DNA of 64,000 bases, taken from a virus. The notes below the pieces were generated by a model. The model was not told where the DNA came from. It saw only the letters and a program-made list of their open reading frames with translations, and made no database searches. Made by a program: the position numbers and the translations under genes. Every line of letters starts with the position of its first letter. The stretch's first letter is position 1. Location: IMG/VR virus record IMGVR_UViG_3300025133_008097, positions 1-64,000 of that record; one strand, given 5' to 3'. Shown one piece after another: positions 7,728-16,813 of the stretch.

Positions 7728-8998
7728 TGAAAAAAAGAATTGTCGTTAAAGCACCGGCCCTATCTAGGTCGGGTTATGGAGAACAGGCCCGTTTTGCTCT
7801 CCGCGCTCTTCGCTCTAGAGAAGATATTTTTGATATCTATTTGATAAACATTAGTTGGGGCAAGACCGGAATGCTGTCTAACTATGATGAGGAACGCCTT
7901 TGGCTAGACTCTCTTGTACTGAAGACAACGCAATATATGCAAATTTGTCAACAGCAACAACAACCTCCTCAGTTTGATATATCTCTTCAGATTACTATTC
8001 CCAACGAGTTTGAAAAAATAGCTCCGGTTAATATTGGGTACACAGCTGGGATTGAAACCTCGAAAATAGCTCCTCACTGGATCGACAAAATCAACGGAAT
8101 AGCAGATAGTGTTATCACCATTTCTAACCATTCTAAGAAAGTTATGGAACAAACCTCATATGATTTTCCGGAACAAGGAGTTACCAACTTTCGTATTCAG
8201 AAGCCCATTGAGGTCGTAAACTATTCTTTTAAAGAAATAGAGGCTGACCCAAATGGTTTGGACATCCCCTTTGAAACAACAAAAAACTTTTTGTGTGTCT
8301 CTCAATGGGGCCCCCGCAAGAATATGGAAAACACTATTCGTTGGTTTTTAGATGAATTCTACGACGACAGTGATGTTGGCTTAGTTCTAAAAACGAATAC
8401 GGCAAACGAGAGCATTATGGATCGGGAACACACTGGCGCCCGTTTAAAAAATCTTATTCGTGACTTTCCCGATCGGAAGTGTAAGATCTATTTGGTCCAT
8501 GGACAACTGTCTGAGGAACAATTAACGTGGTTGTACCGGCACCCCACTATGAAGGCCTTAATTAATATTGGCCACGGCGAAGGCTTCGGGCTGCCACTAT
8601 TCGAAGCAGCATACAATGGCCTTCCCTTAGTGACTGTAACTTGGTCGGGCCAGATGGACTTTATTTGCCGGCCAAATAAAAAAGGCAAGATGGTGCCACG
8701 CGTCGTAAAGGTAGACTATGATCTTAAGCAGGTGCAGCCAGAGGCTCACTGGGAGGGAGTGGTTCAGGCGGACTCTATGTGGGCGTTTGCTAAGAAAGCC
8801 TCTTACAAACGAGCATTGCGAGATGTTGTTAATAAGGAGATTCATTACAAGAATCAAGCTGAGTCATTAAGGAAGTATATCCTCAAGAACTTCAAGGAAG
8901 AGGATGCGTATGCTAAATTTGTCTCCTATGTGGTTGACGAGGAAGAGTTTAATGTTGAGAGTTGGCTAGACGGTCTGGATCTAGAAGTACATGATTAG
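7727..8998 (+). CDS. Glycosyltransferase, GT4-like/GT-B fold
   Basis: SRSGYG, WGPRKN and GHGEGFGLPLFEAAYNGLPLV motifs. Confidence 0.88.
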   Translation: MKKRIVVKAPALSRSGYGEQARFALRALRSREDIFDIYLINISWGKTGMLSNYDEERLWLDSLVLKTTQYMQICQQQQQPPQFDISLQITIPNEFEKIAPVNIGYTAGIETSKIAPHWIDKINGIADSVITISNHSKKVMEQTSYDFPEQGVTNFRIQKPIEVVNYSFKEIEADPNGLDIPFETTKNFLCVSQWGPRKNMENTIRWFLDEFYDDSDVGLVLKTNTANESIMDREHTGARLKNLIRDFPDRKCKIYLVHGQLSEEQLTWLYRHPTMKALINIGHGEGFGLPLFEAAYNGLPLVTVTWSGQMDFICRPNKKGKMVPRVVKVDYDLKQVQPEAHWEGVVQADSMWAFAKKASYKRALRDVVNKEIHYKNQAESLRKYILKNFKEEDAYAKFVSYVVDEEEFNVESWLDGLDLEVHD

Positions 8999-9000
8999 AA

Positions 9001-9837
9001 ATGATTGTTTTTATAGCCGACTTTTTTGTTGACGAGATTCTCGGCGGAGGCGAACTCAATAATCATGAATTAATCGAGCTTCTTCGCGCCAAGGGCCACA
9101 ACGTAAAAACAATCAAGAGTGATCGTGTCACCCCCTCTTATCTAAAAAAGATTAATGCATCTCTGTTTATAGTAGGGAATTTCATCGGCTTGTCCGAGGA
9201 ATCTAAAAACGAATTAAAGAGCAAAAATTATGTCATTTATGAACACGATCATAAATACCTGAGATCTCGAAATCCGGCCCACTACAACGATTTTACAGCT
9301 CCGGGCGAAGAACTTGTGAATGTGGAGTTTTATGAGAAAGCGCTACGCATTTTTTGCCAAAGCGATTTCCACCAGAGTATTATCCATCGCAACCTAAAGA
9401 CAGATAATATCATTAGTGTTGGGGGCAACCTGTGGAGCGTCGAATCACTAGATCTCCTAGAGTGCCTGTCGTTGGCTCAGAAAAAGGACGGCTGTTCTAT
9501 CCTGAGTTCATCTATCCCGCATAAGAATACGCGGGAAGCGGTTGGCTACTGTGAAATAAAAAATCTAGATTATGATCTTTGCGCAAGCAACGATTATGAA
9601 TCATTCCTTGAACAGCTTAGTAAGAACGAAACCTTGGTATTCTTTCCTCAGACTCCGGAGACACTTTCGCGCATAGTGGTAGAAAGCCGTATGATGGGAA
9701 TGCGCGTTATCACCAACCGTTTGGTGGGAGCTACCCAAGAGAAGTGGTTTAAGCTAAAGGGAAAAGATTTAATCGATGTGATGCGCGGTAGAAGGCATAG
9801 TATCCCCCAGATGGTTTTGGAGTGCATTACTCAGTGA
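9001..9837 (+). CDS. Putative GT-B glycosyltransferase (divergent)
   Basis: GGGE acceptor-loop motif and C-terminal PETLSRIVVESRMMG resembling the GT-B E-x7-E motif. Confidence 0.55.
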   Translation: MIVFIADFFVDEILGGGELNNHELIELLRAKGHNVKTIKSDRVTPSYLKKINASLFIVGNFIGLSEESKNELKSKNYVIYEHDHKYLRSRNPAHYNDFTAPGEELVNVEFYEKALRIFCQSDFHQSIIHRNLKTDNIISVGGNLWSVESLDLLECLSLAQKKDGCSILSSSIPHKNTREAVGYCEIKNLDYDLCASNDYESFLEQLSKNETLVFFPQTPETLSRIVVESRMMGMRVITNRLVGATQEKWFKLKGKDLIDVMRGRRHSIPQMVLECITQ

Positions 9838-10757
9838 AAATATTATTAACCGTTAATCGAACGCTCACCAATGGACGAGATACCTGGCTTGATGGCGCCA
9901 CGTGGAATTTATATGCACCACTGAAAGATTTAGGTCATGACGTATATTTTTATGATACAGTAAATCCCGAAGAACGTAACTTTACGAAGGTAGTGGATTC
10001 TTTTAAACCAGATTTAATTTTTTGTTGTCTTACAAACGATCAACAAATCGCGCCATTTGAACCATGGGACGATCTGGTAAAATACACAGATTCTGGATTA
10101 GTGAAAACGTTTAATTGGTTTTGTGACGATACCTGGCGTTTTGAAAACTTCTCAAAGAGTGCGTGTCATTGTTTTACGGCTTGTTCTACCCCGGAAAGAG
10201 CTTATTTAGAGAGATTTAAAATAGAGGCTAACTATAGAAATATTATTTTAGGCTTGTGGCACTCCAATATAAATTTTTTTCCCTCCCATCCGGTGCAAAA
10301 GAAATATGATGTTCTGTTTTGTGGGCATCTTAATCGCGATCGCATAAACTATATTAATTATTTACAAGAAATGGGAATAGAGGTTACCCATTTTCACGGC
10401 CTCGGCCACGAAGAAATGCTTAAATGTTTGGCAGAGTCTCGAATTGGAATTAATTTTAGTAAAAACTTTAATGGGGGTGTGCCCACTCTCCAAATGAAGG
10501 GCCGGATGTTTGAGGTCCCCGGGGCACAATCTTTGCTGCTTACCGAAAATGCTCCGGGCTTAGAAGAGCATTATATTATAGATAAAGAAATTGTGACGTT
10601 TGAGGGCCCTCAAGAGATGTACGAAAAAACTCGTGTTCTTCTAAAAAATCCTCACATAATTGAATCTATTACCGGCCGCGGCTACCAGAGGTTTATTAAA
10701 GATCACGAATCGCACATTCGCTTGGCCCACGTATTGCAAGAAATCGAGGCCCTATGA
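9834..10757 (+). CDS. CgeB/YkvP-like glycosyltransferase (Glyco_trans_1_2)
   Basis: WFCDD, YDVLFCG, SRIGINF, KGRMFEVPGAQSLLLT and HESHIR motifs; GTG start at 9834 overlaps the upstream TGA. Confidence 0.8.
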   Translation: MKILLTVNRTLTNGRDTWLDGATWNLYAPLKDLGHDVYFYDTVNPEERNFTKVVDSFKPDLIFCCLTNDQQIAPFEPWDDLVKYTDSGLVKTFNWFCDDTWRFENFSKSACHCFTACSTPERAYLERFKIEANYRNIILGLWHSNINFFPSHPVQKKYDVLFCGHLNRDRINYINYLQEMGIEVTHFHGLGHEEMLKCLAESRIGINFSKNFNGGVPTLQMKGRMFEVPGAQSLLLTENAPGLEEHYIIDKEIVTFEGPQEMYEKTRVLLKNPHIIESITGRGYQRFIKDHESHIRLAHVLQEIEAL

Positions 10758-11671
10758 GAATTTATGTGCGCGATACGTGGACGCATGCCGGCGCACCCAT
10801 TTATAAGGGTTTTGCCGCCGCCTGGCATAAAATAGGATATGAAGTCATCGGCTATGACAAAGTCGAAGAAATAAGCGACTCCGGACCCTATGAAATAATG
10901 TGTAATGATTATTTGCTAGCACCCTTTACCGAGCTTCCCCGAGCAATTACTCAAGCCCGAAAAGTTTATTTATATGTGCAGCCTACTAACTTTCCGATGC
11001 CGTGGGGTGGCCACCCTAACTTTATTTCTTTAATTAAAGACAGCCCCTTAATTGAGCAATTAAACAACATGAAGAATGTTGCGCTGTGGAACTGGGGAGA
11101 TATGAATCCCCAGCTCAGGCAACAACAATTTCCAGAGTGGAAAAAGATAAATCAAGTTGTTTTAGCGTTTGATTCTATCTCTTACAAGCCGATTATAGAT
11201 CCAGCATATGAGTATGACGTCTGTTTTGTGGGTGGCTGGGCTGACAACGGATTTAATGAAAAAAGACAGATTATGATGGAACATTTTAATGTGCTCATGA
11301 AGACTGGCTTAAAATGTGGAGTGTTTATCAACAAAGGACTCACTCACGAACAAGAGAATCTGGTGCTGTATAACAGCAAAGTAGCTTTGAACATTCATGA
11401 TTCGTACCAGCGAATCCTGGGCAACGACTCAAATGAAAGAACTTTTAAATCTTTAGGCTTGACGGGCGCTCTTGTATGTGATAACATAAGACAAATAAGT
11501 GGTATGTTTCCTGATCTTCCGCTGTATAGCTCACCGGCAGAAATGGTAGAACAAATTCACTCTTATTTAGAAAATGAGAAATTGTTGAAAGAGACAAAGG
11601 ATCATTATCGCCAACTTGTAGCCGACGAACACACTTACGTCAATCGAGTAAAACAGATGAGAGAATTATGA
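10754..11671 (+). CDS. CgeB/YkvP-like glycosyltransferase
   Basis: YDVCFVGG, SKVALNIH, NERTF and HTYVNR motifs. Confidence 0.8.
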   Translation: MRIYVRDTWTHAGAPIYKGFAAAWHKIGYEVIGYDKVEEISDSGPYEIMCNDYLLAPFTELPRAITQARKVYLYVQPTNFPMPWGGHPNFISLIKDSPLIEQLNNMKNVALWNWGDMNPQLRQQQFPEWKKINQVVLAFDSISYKPIIDPAYEYDVCFVGGWADNGFNEKRQIMMEHFNVLMKTGLKCGVFINKGLTHEQENLVLYNSKVALNIHDSYQRILGNDSNERTFKSLGLTGALVCDNIRQISGMFPDLPLYSSPAEMVEQIHSYLENEKLLKETKDHYRQLVADEHTYVNRVKQMREL

Positions 11672-11961
11672 TAATTTTTATTGACATCGATGAAACTATA
11701 TGCGATACTCCGGAGAATAGAGATTACACCTTGTCGGTGCCAATCCAAGAAAATATCGAGAAGGCGAACAAACTATACGAGGAAGGACACACAATCGTAT
11801 ACTGGACCGCCAGAGGGAGTGTCTCTGGGAGAGACCTTACTGAGCTAACAAACCAGCAAATTAAGGACTGGGGAGCAAAGTGTCATGAAGTGCGTCTGGG
11901 GAAGCCCTATTACGATCTTTTTATTGACGACAAGAATATGAACACAAAGGACTGGAAATGA
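11668..11961 (+). CDS. Minimal HAD-superfamily phosphatase (capsule-biosynthesis type)
   Basis: Motif I DIDET, motif II WTAR, motif III K and motif IV IDDK in only 97 aa. Confidence 0.75.
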   Translation: MIIFIDIDETICDTPENRDYTLSVPIQENIEKANKLYEEGHTIVYWTARGSVSGRDLTELTNQQIKDWGAKCHEVRLGKPYYDLFIDDKNMNTKDWK

Positions 11962-12695
11962 GAATCGTACTGGTTGTGCCTGCATACAACTCGATGAAAT
12001 ATATCGAACAATGTATGGAGAGCGTATTAAATCAAAGTTATGACGACTACTATGTGCACGCGTACGACAATGAGAGTACGGACGGCACGTATGAGTACCT
12101 CTTAGAACTAGAAAAACAGCACGATCATTTGAAGGTCTCTCAACTGCCCAATATTCATCCGAACTCTTACCGCGAAGCTTTCGACGCCGGGTTTGAGAAT
12201 ACAGAGGCGGATTGCCTAACCTTCGTATCGACCGATGATTACTTAGATAAAGATTATGTTGCTAAGTGTATGAAGATTATGTCTCACGATCCCGAACGCA
12301 TCAAATGTATGCAGAGCGGTATTGTGGGAGTCCAGAATAGTATGCAGGTTAATAAGCAGATTCATCTTTACAAGAGTATGAATGAGTTTAAACAACAATG
12401 TATGACGCGCAGCCCCGTAAACACACCCACTGTTGTCTACAATATCAGCATCTATCCTCAAATTCAGGCAGCCCGGGAAGCACACGCTGCAGCCGGCCTG
12501 ATGGATGTGGGTGTTGGGGATTATGATATGTGGTGCGGACTAGCGGATCGAGGAATCTTTATTTACCCAGTGGATGCTTGCCTAGGTTATTACTATAGAT
12601 GGCACTCAGAACAGTGCACATGGCAGGTACACCAATATACAACCAATTATGATGAAATAGTTCGGTCCTATTGGAAAAAGAAGTGGACATTGTGA
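11958..12695 (+). CDS. Glycosyltransferase family 2 (GT-A)
   Basis: VVPAYNS, YDNESTDGT and STDD (DxD-like) motifs. Confidence 0.88.
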   Translation: MRIVLVVPAYNSMKYIEQCMESVLNQSYDDYYVHAYDNESTDGTYEYLLELEKQHDHLKVSQLPNIHPNSYREAFDAGFENTEADCLTFVSTDDYLDKDYVAKCMKIMSHDPERIKCMQSGIVGVQNSMQVNKQIHLYKSMNEFKQQCMTRSPVNTPTVVYNISIYPQIQAAREAHAAAGLMDVGVGDYDMWCGLADRGIFIYPVDACLGYYYRWHSEQCTWQVHQYTTNYDEIVRSYWKKKWTL

Positions 12696-12711
12696 TATCG
12701 TGTGTTATAAT
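12684..12711 (+). promoter_or_regulatory. Sigma70-type promoter upstream of neuB
   Basis: TGGACA-N16-TATAAT with extended -10 TG (TGTTATAAT). Confidence 0.7.
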
Positions 12712-12731
12712 AGCAGTGTAGGGGAAACATA

Positions 12732-14231
12732 ATGACAAGAAGAAAATTATTCGTTTTTGAAATGGCGAACAATCACATGGGAGACGTCGAGCACGGCTTG
12801 CGTCTTATCCGAGAATTTGGAGCAGTTAAGGATAAATTCCCAGAATTTGACTTTGCCCTCAAATTTCAGTTTCGGAATATGGATACCTTTATTCATCCCG
12901 ACTATCGCGACAGGATGGATCTCAAATATGTGAAGCGATTCTCCGAAACGCGCCTTTCTCGAACCCAGTTTTTGAAATTAAAGCTGGAGGCTGAGAACTT
13001 GGGATTTATCCCCATGTGCACCGGCTTTGATGAAGACAGCGTCGATCGAATAGAAGAAATGGGATTTCCCATCATTAAGATTGCTAGCTGTTCCTTTACT
13101 GACTGGCCTCTTCTAAATAAAATCGCGGCAACAGATTTGCCCATTATTGCATCAACAGCCGGTTCCACTCTCAAGGAAATTGACAATGTAGTCGCCTTTT
13201 TCACTAATCGCGAAAAAGACCTTACAATCATGCACTGCGTGGGGGAATACCCGACAAAGACCACAAACCTTCAGCTTAATCAGCTGCGTTTGTTCTCAGA
13301 GCGGTACCCTAACGTGCGTGTAGGATACTCAACTCATGAGGACCCCAATGATCCTAATATTGTCCCCCTAGCAATTGCGATGGGAGCAGAGGTGTTTGAG
13401 AAACACGTAGGCGTCCCGACGGAGCAATATGCACTGAACGCCTATTCGGCTACACCAGAACAAGCGCAGAGGTGGCTAGAGTCCGCAAGGCGCGCCTTCG
13501 CAACGTGTGGAGATGTCCGGGGTAGGCCAGGGGCCTCCAAGAGCGAATTGGCCGATCTACGGCGCTTTAAGCGCGGCGTCTTTGTTGCCCGCGATATCAC
13601 TGCGGGGGAACGAGTAACACGTGAGGACGTATTTTATGCCTTCCCTTGTGGAGAAGGTCAAGTGTTGGCCAACGACATGTCTAAGTACACCGAGTTCGTG
13701 GCCACCACAGACTACAAAACAAACGACGCAGTAATGTTTGAAACAACCCGGGAAACCAAGCTACGCCAGAAAGTGTGGGACATTGTTCAGGATGTAAAAA
13801 GCCTGTTTAAGGACGGCAACGTTGTTATCCCAGGTAAAGCCGAGTTGGAAATTTCTCATCATTACGGAATAGACAAGTTTCGAGAGTTTGGTATTACAAT
13901 GGTTACGGTCGTAAATCGTGAATACTGCAAGAAATTAATTGCCGTCCTTCCAAAACAGTATCATCCAGAACAATATCATCTGCAGAAAGAAGAAACATTT
14001 TTGATTCTTTTTGGCGAATTGGAGTTGACATTGGATGGCGAAACCACTATATTAAAGACAGGCGATGTGGTAACTGTGAAACCAGAAGTGCGACATGCTT
14101 TTACAACAACGACGGGTGCAATAATTGAAGAGATTTCTTCTACTCATATCGTGAATGATTCGTTCTACACAGACGAAACGATCATAGATAACAAGAATCG
14201 AAAAACAATATTGCAACATTGGTTGAATTAG
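12732..14231 (+). CDS. neuB: NeuB-family PEP-dependent nonulosonate synthase fused to SAF and C-terminal cupin (lyxose-isomerase-like) domains
   Basis: EMANNHMGD, KFQ, KIAS, HCVGEYPT, GYSTHE and EKH motifs; SAF segment ARDITAGERVTRED; cupin HPEQYHLQKEETF...EEISS. Confidence 0.85.
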   Translation: MTRRKLFVFEMANNHMGDVEHGLRLIREFGAVKDKFPEFDFALKFQFRNMDTFIHPDYRDRMDLKYVKRFSETRLSRTQFLKLKLEAENLGFIPMCTGFDEDSVDRIEEMGFPIIKIASCSFTDWPLLNKIAATDLPIIASTAGSTLKEIDNVVAFFTNREKDLTIMHCVGEYPTKTTNLQLNQLRLFSERYPNVRVGYSTHEDPNDPNIVPLAIAMGAEVFEKHVGVPTEQYALNAYSATPEQAQRWLESARRAFATCGDVRGRPGASKSELADLRRFKRGVFVARDITAGERVTREDVFYAFPCGEGQVLANDMSKYTEFVATTDYKTNDAVMFETTRETKLRQKVWDIVQDVKSLFKDGNVVIPGKAELEISHHYGIDKFREFGITMVTVVNREYCKKLIAVLPKQYHPEQYHLQKEETFLILFGELELTLDGETTILKTGDVVTVKPEVRHAFTTTTGAIIEEISSTHIVNDSFYTDETIIDNKNRKTILQHWLN

Positions 14232-14239
14232 GAGAAGAT

Positions 14240-14446
14240 ATGAGCCAACCAGATAAGAGTAAAAAAGTGGTAAGCCAAATTGGCTATGATGATGCTGATG
14301 TAGAGCCGTTTACCAACAACTATCAGAGCTTGTATAGGGATTTGTTAGAAGAAAATCGGCTTCTTAAAGCTGAATTAGAAAAATATCAGGACGCCATAAA
14401 AGAGCTTTATGGCATTATACCAGAGGAGGACGACATCTATGAGTGA
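14240..14446 (+). CDS. Hypothetical coiled-coil protein
   Basis: AGGAG SD then ATG at 14240. Confidence 0.6.
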   Translation: MSQPDKSKKVVSQIGYDDADVEPFTNNYQSLYRDLLEENRLLKAELEKYQDAIKELYGIIPEEDDIYE

Positions 14447-14897
14447 AAAAATAACGACAGATAGCGGATTAGTAATGGCCACCCTAATAGAAGGAACTGG
14501 CGATACTCCATCTACTGGAGATAAAGTATTGATACATTATGAAATTTGGGTTGGAGAGGGAGTAACCACTTCCGAATATAATTCTGAGACCAATACCTAT
14601 AGTGACAGTATTCATGATAGTACTTATGATGAAAGAAATCCTTTTCACGGCCCAATAGAGGTGGTAATTGGCCGGCCAACACCGGATGATGATATCTATA
14701 CAATGGGAGATTCTATTCAAGGCATAGATGAAGCACTGGTGACGATGAAAGAGGGAGGAAAGAAGGAGCTTTTTATTCCGGCTTCACTAGCTTACGGAGA
14801 TTTGGGAGCCAGTAGTTTTCATACGTTCCACGGCTATCGCACCCCTCCCAGCACCCCTCTCAGGTGTCATATTGAGTTGGTAGAGATAAAGAAGTAA
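14439..14897 (+). CDS. FKBP-type peptidyl-prolyl cis-trans isomerase
   Basis: EGTGDTP, VLIHY, IQGIDEALVTMKEGGKKELFIPASLAYG and IELVEI motifs; GAGGA SD before ATG at 14439. Confidence 0.88.
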   Translation: MSEKITTDSGLVMATLIEGTGDTPSTGDKVLIHYEIWVGEGVTTSEYNSETNTYSDSIHDSTYDERNPFHGPIEVVIGRPTPDDDIYTMGDSIQGIDEALVTMKEGGKKELFIPASLAYGDLGASSFHTFHGYRTPPSTPLRCHIELVEIKK

Positions 14898-14899
14898 AA

Positions 14900-16813
14900 A
14901 TGACGAAGCGCCGAGCGCCAGGGTCAATGCAGAAAGCACCAAAGGACTCCCCCACTTTCGGGCCAGATTCCGTGGCTGAGGTAATTCCTCTTGACTTTGA
15001 TATCAAAAGTTTCACTCAGCCCAATCAAAAGATTTCTGATTATGTGATGGACTTTGTTGCTAAGCGTGGGGTTAAAGATGTCTTCTTGATCCCTGGCGGC
15101 GGATGCATCCACTTGGTGGATTCATTGGGTCGCCACCCCGATCTTAATTATATTTGTAATTTGCACGAGCAGGCTAGCGGCGTCGCCGCCGAAGCTTATG
15201 CTCAATACACAAATAACCTCGGCGTTGCTCTGGTTACCACCGGTCCCGGAAGTACAAATATTGTTACAGCAGTTGCGGCCGCGTGGCTAGACTCCACCCC
15301 TCTGATGATAATTTCAGGCCAAGTCCAAAAACGAGATATGGTAAATGGCCGCGGCACCCGGCAGATTGGGTTTCAAGAAATTCAGTCCACCGAGTTGGTA
15401 AAAGAAATCACTAAATATGCAGCTGTGGTAGATGACCCCAAATACATCAGATATCATTTTGAGAGGGCCTTTCACGAAGTCACCTCAGGGCGCCCGGGCC
15501 CAGTTTGGCTGGATATCCCCCTCGACATTCAAGCAGCGGAAATAGATATTAATGCGCTTCTCGGTTATTCTCCAATAATGGAGGCTCCTAAAATTGAAGA
15601 GGAGACCATTGATGCAATCATCGATGAGATAAATATTGCGGCGCGCCCAGTATTGCTCGTGGGTAACGGGGTCAGACTTTCTAAGTGCGAAAAACAGATG
15701 AACGAACTCGTCGATGCACTAAAGATCCCAGTCCTCACCACCTGGAAAGCCATTGACTTTTTTGGCGAAGACCACGAATGTTTTGCCGGCCGTCCCGGAA
15801 TCGCCGGCCAGCGAGGGGCCAATTTTACACAGCAAAATGCAGATTTGATCATTACGATCGGGGCGCGCCTAGACCATGGCCAAACAGCGTACCAACCCCA
15901 GAACTTCGCGCGCGGCGCAGTAAAAGTCATTGTTGACATCGACCCCTTCGAGATCCGCAAAATGGGAGAAGTGGAATACCCGATCTATGCTGACGCTCGC
16001 GAGTTCATTGCGAAGCTCCTTGCACGACGCTCCCAGATTAATAACGACAATAGCGACTGGCTGGAGACAGCCAAAGAGTGGCAGGAGGAATATCCGGTTG
16101 TTTTGGACGAGTATTGGGCCCCCGGCGGTCTTGTTAATAATTACGTATTTGTGGATGTTCTGTCTGAGTTGATGAAACCTACCGACTTGCTTATTCCTGG
16201 CTCGTCCGGAGCGTGCAGCGAAGTTACTATGCAGGCTTTTAAAGTAAAAGACGGAATGAGGATATTCAATAGTGAGGGCCTTGGGCCAATGGGGTTTGGA
16301 ATCGCGGCAAGCATGGGAGGCTGTATTGCTAGCGGCCGAAAGCACACTATTTGCGTCGATGGCGACGGCGGCTTCTTTATGAATGTTCAGGAACTGGAAG
16401 TAGTCCGCAGAGAGAAGCTACCCATTAAATTTTTTGTATTAAATAACGATGGCTATGTTTCCATTCGAAATACTCAAAATAAGCATTTCGGAGGACGTCA
16501 GGTTGCTTCGGGCCCGGAGAGCGGGTGTACACTACCGGATATTAAAAAGACGGCAGCCTGTTATGGTATTAAGTATTATTGTATTGATAGTCATGATGAG
16601 CTTCGTAAAAAGATGAAGTTGGTGCTGAATTATAAGGGCCCCGCAATTTGTGAAGTTAAGATGCCTCCCACGCAGGAGACGGCCCCTCGTACTGCTGCTT
16701 ATAAAAAGAAGGACGGCTCATTCGCCTCACGACCAATGGAAGATATGTATCCGTTTTTAGACCGCGATGAGCTAGCAGAAAATATGTTCATCGAGATCTT
16801 AGAGGATGAATAG
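14900..16813 (+). CDS. ThDP-dependent acetolactate-synthase-like enzyme, YerE-type (branched sugar C-acetyltransferase candidate)
   Basis: HEQ, TTGPGSTN, WLDS, RQIGFQE and GDGGFFMN...NNDGY ThDP motifs; lies among sugar-nucleotide genes. Confidence 0.85.
   Translation: MTKRRAPGSMQKAPKDSPTFGPDSVAEVIPLDFDIKSFTQPNQKISDYVMDFVAKRGVKDVFLIPGGGCIHLVDSLGRHPDLNYICNLHEQASGVAAEAYAQYTNNLGVALVTTGPGSTNIVTAVAAAWLDSTPLMIISGQVQKRDMVNGRGTRQIGFQEIQSTELVKEITKYAAVVDDPKYIRYHFERAFHEVTSGRPGPVWLDIPLDIQAAEIDINALLGYSPIMEAPKIEEETIDAIIDEINIAARPVLLVGNGVRLSKCEKQMNELVDALKIPVLTTWKAIDFFGEDHECFAGRPGIAGQRGANFTQQNADLIITIGARLDHGQTAYQPQNFARGAVKVIVDIDPFEIRKMGEVEYPIYADAREFIAKLLARRSQINNDNSDWLETAKEWQEEYPVVLDEYWAPGGLVNNYVFVDVLSELMKPTDLLIPGSSGACSEVTMQAFKVKDGMRIFNSEGLGPMGFGIAASMGGCIASGRKHTICVDGDGGFFMNVQELEVVRREKLPIKFFVLNNDGYVSIRNTQNKHFGGRQVASGPESGCTLPDIKKTAACYGIKYYCIDSHDELRKKMKLVLNYKGPAICEVKMPPTQETAPRTAAYKKKDGSFASRPMEDMYPFLDRDELAENMFIEILEDE

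Noticed and set aside
14900-16813. Annotation as anabolic acetolactate synthase (ilvB/ilvG)
   Set aside because: No regulatory subunit or other ilv genes are present; the context is sugar-nucleotide biosynthesis
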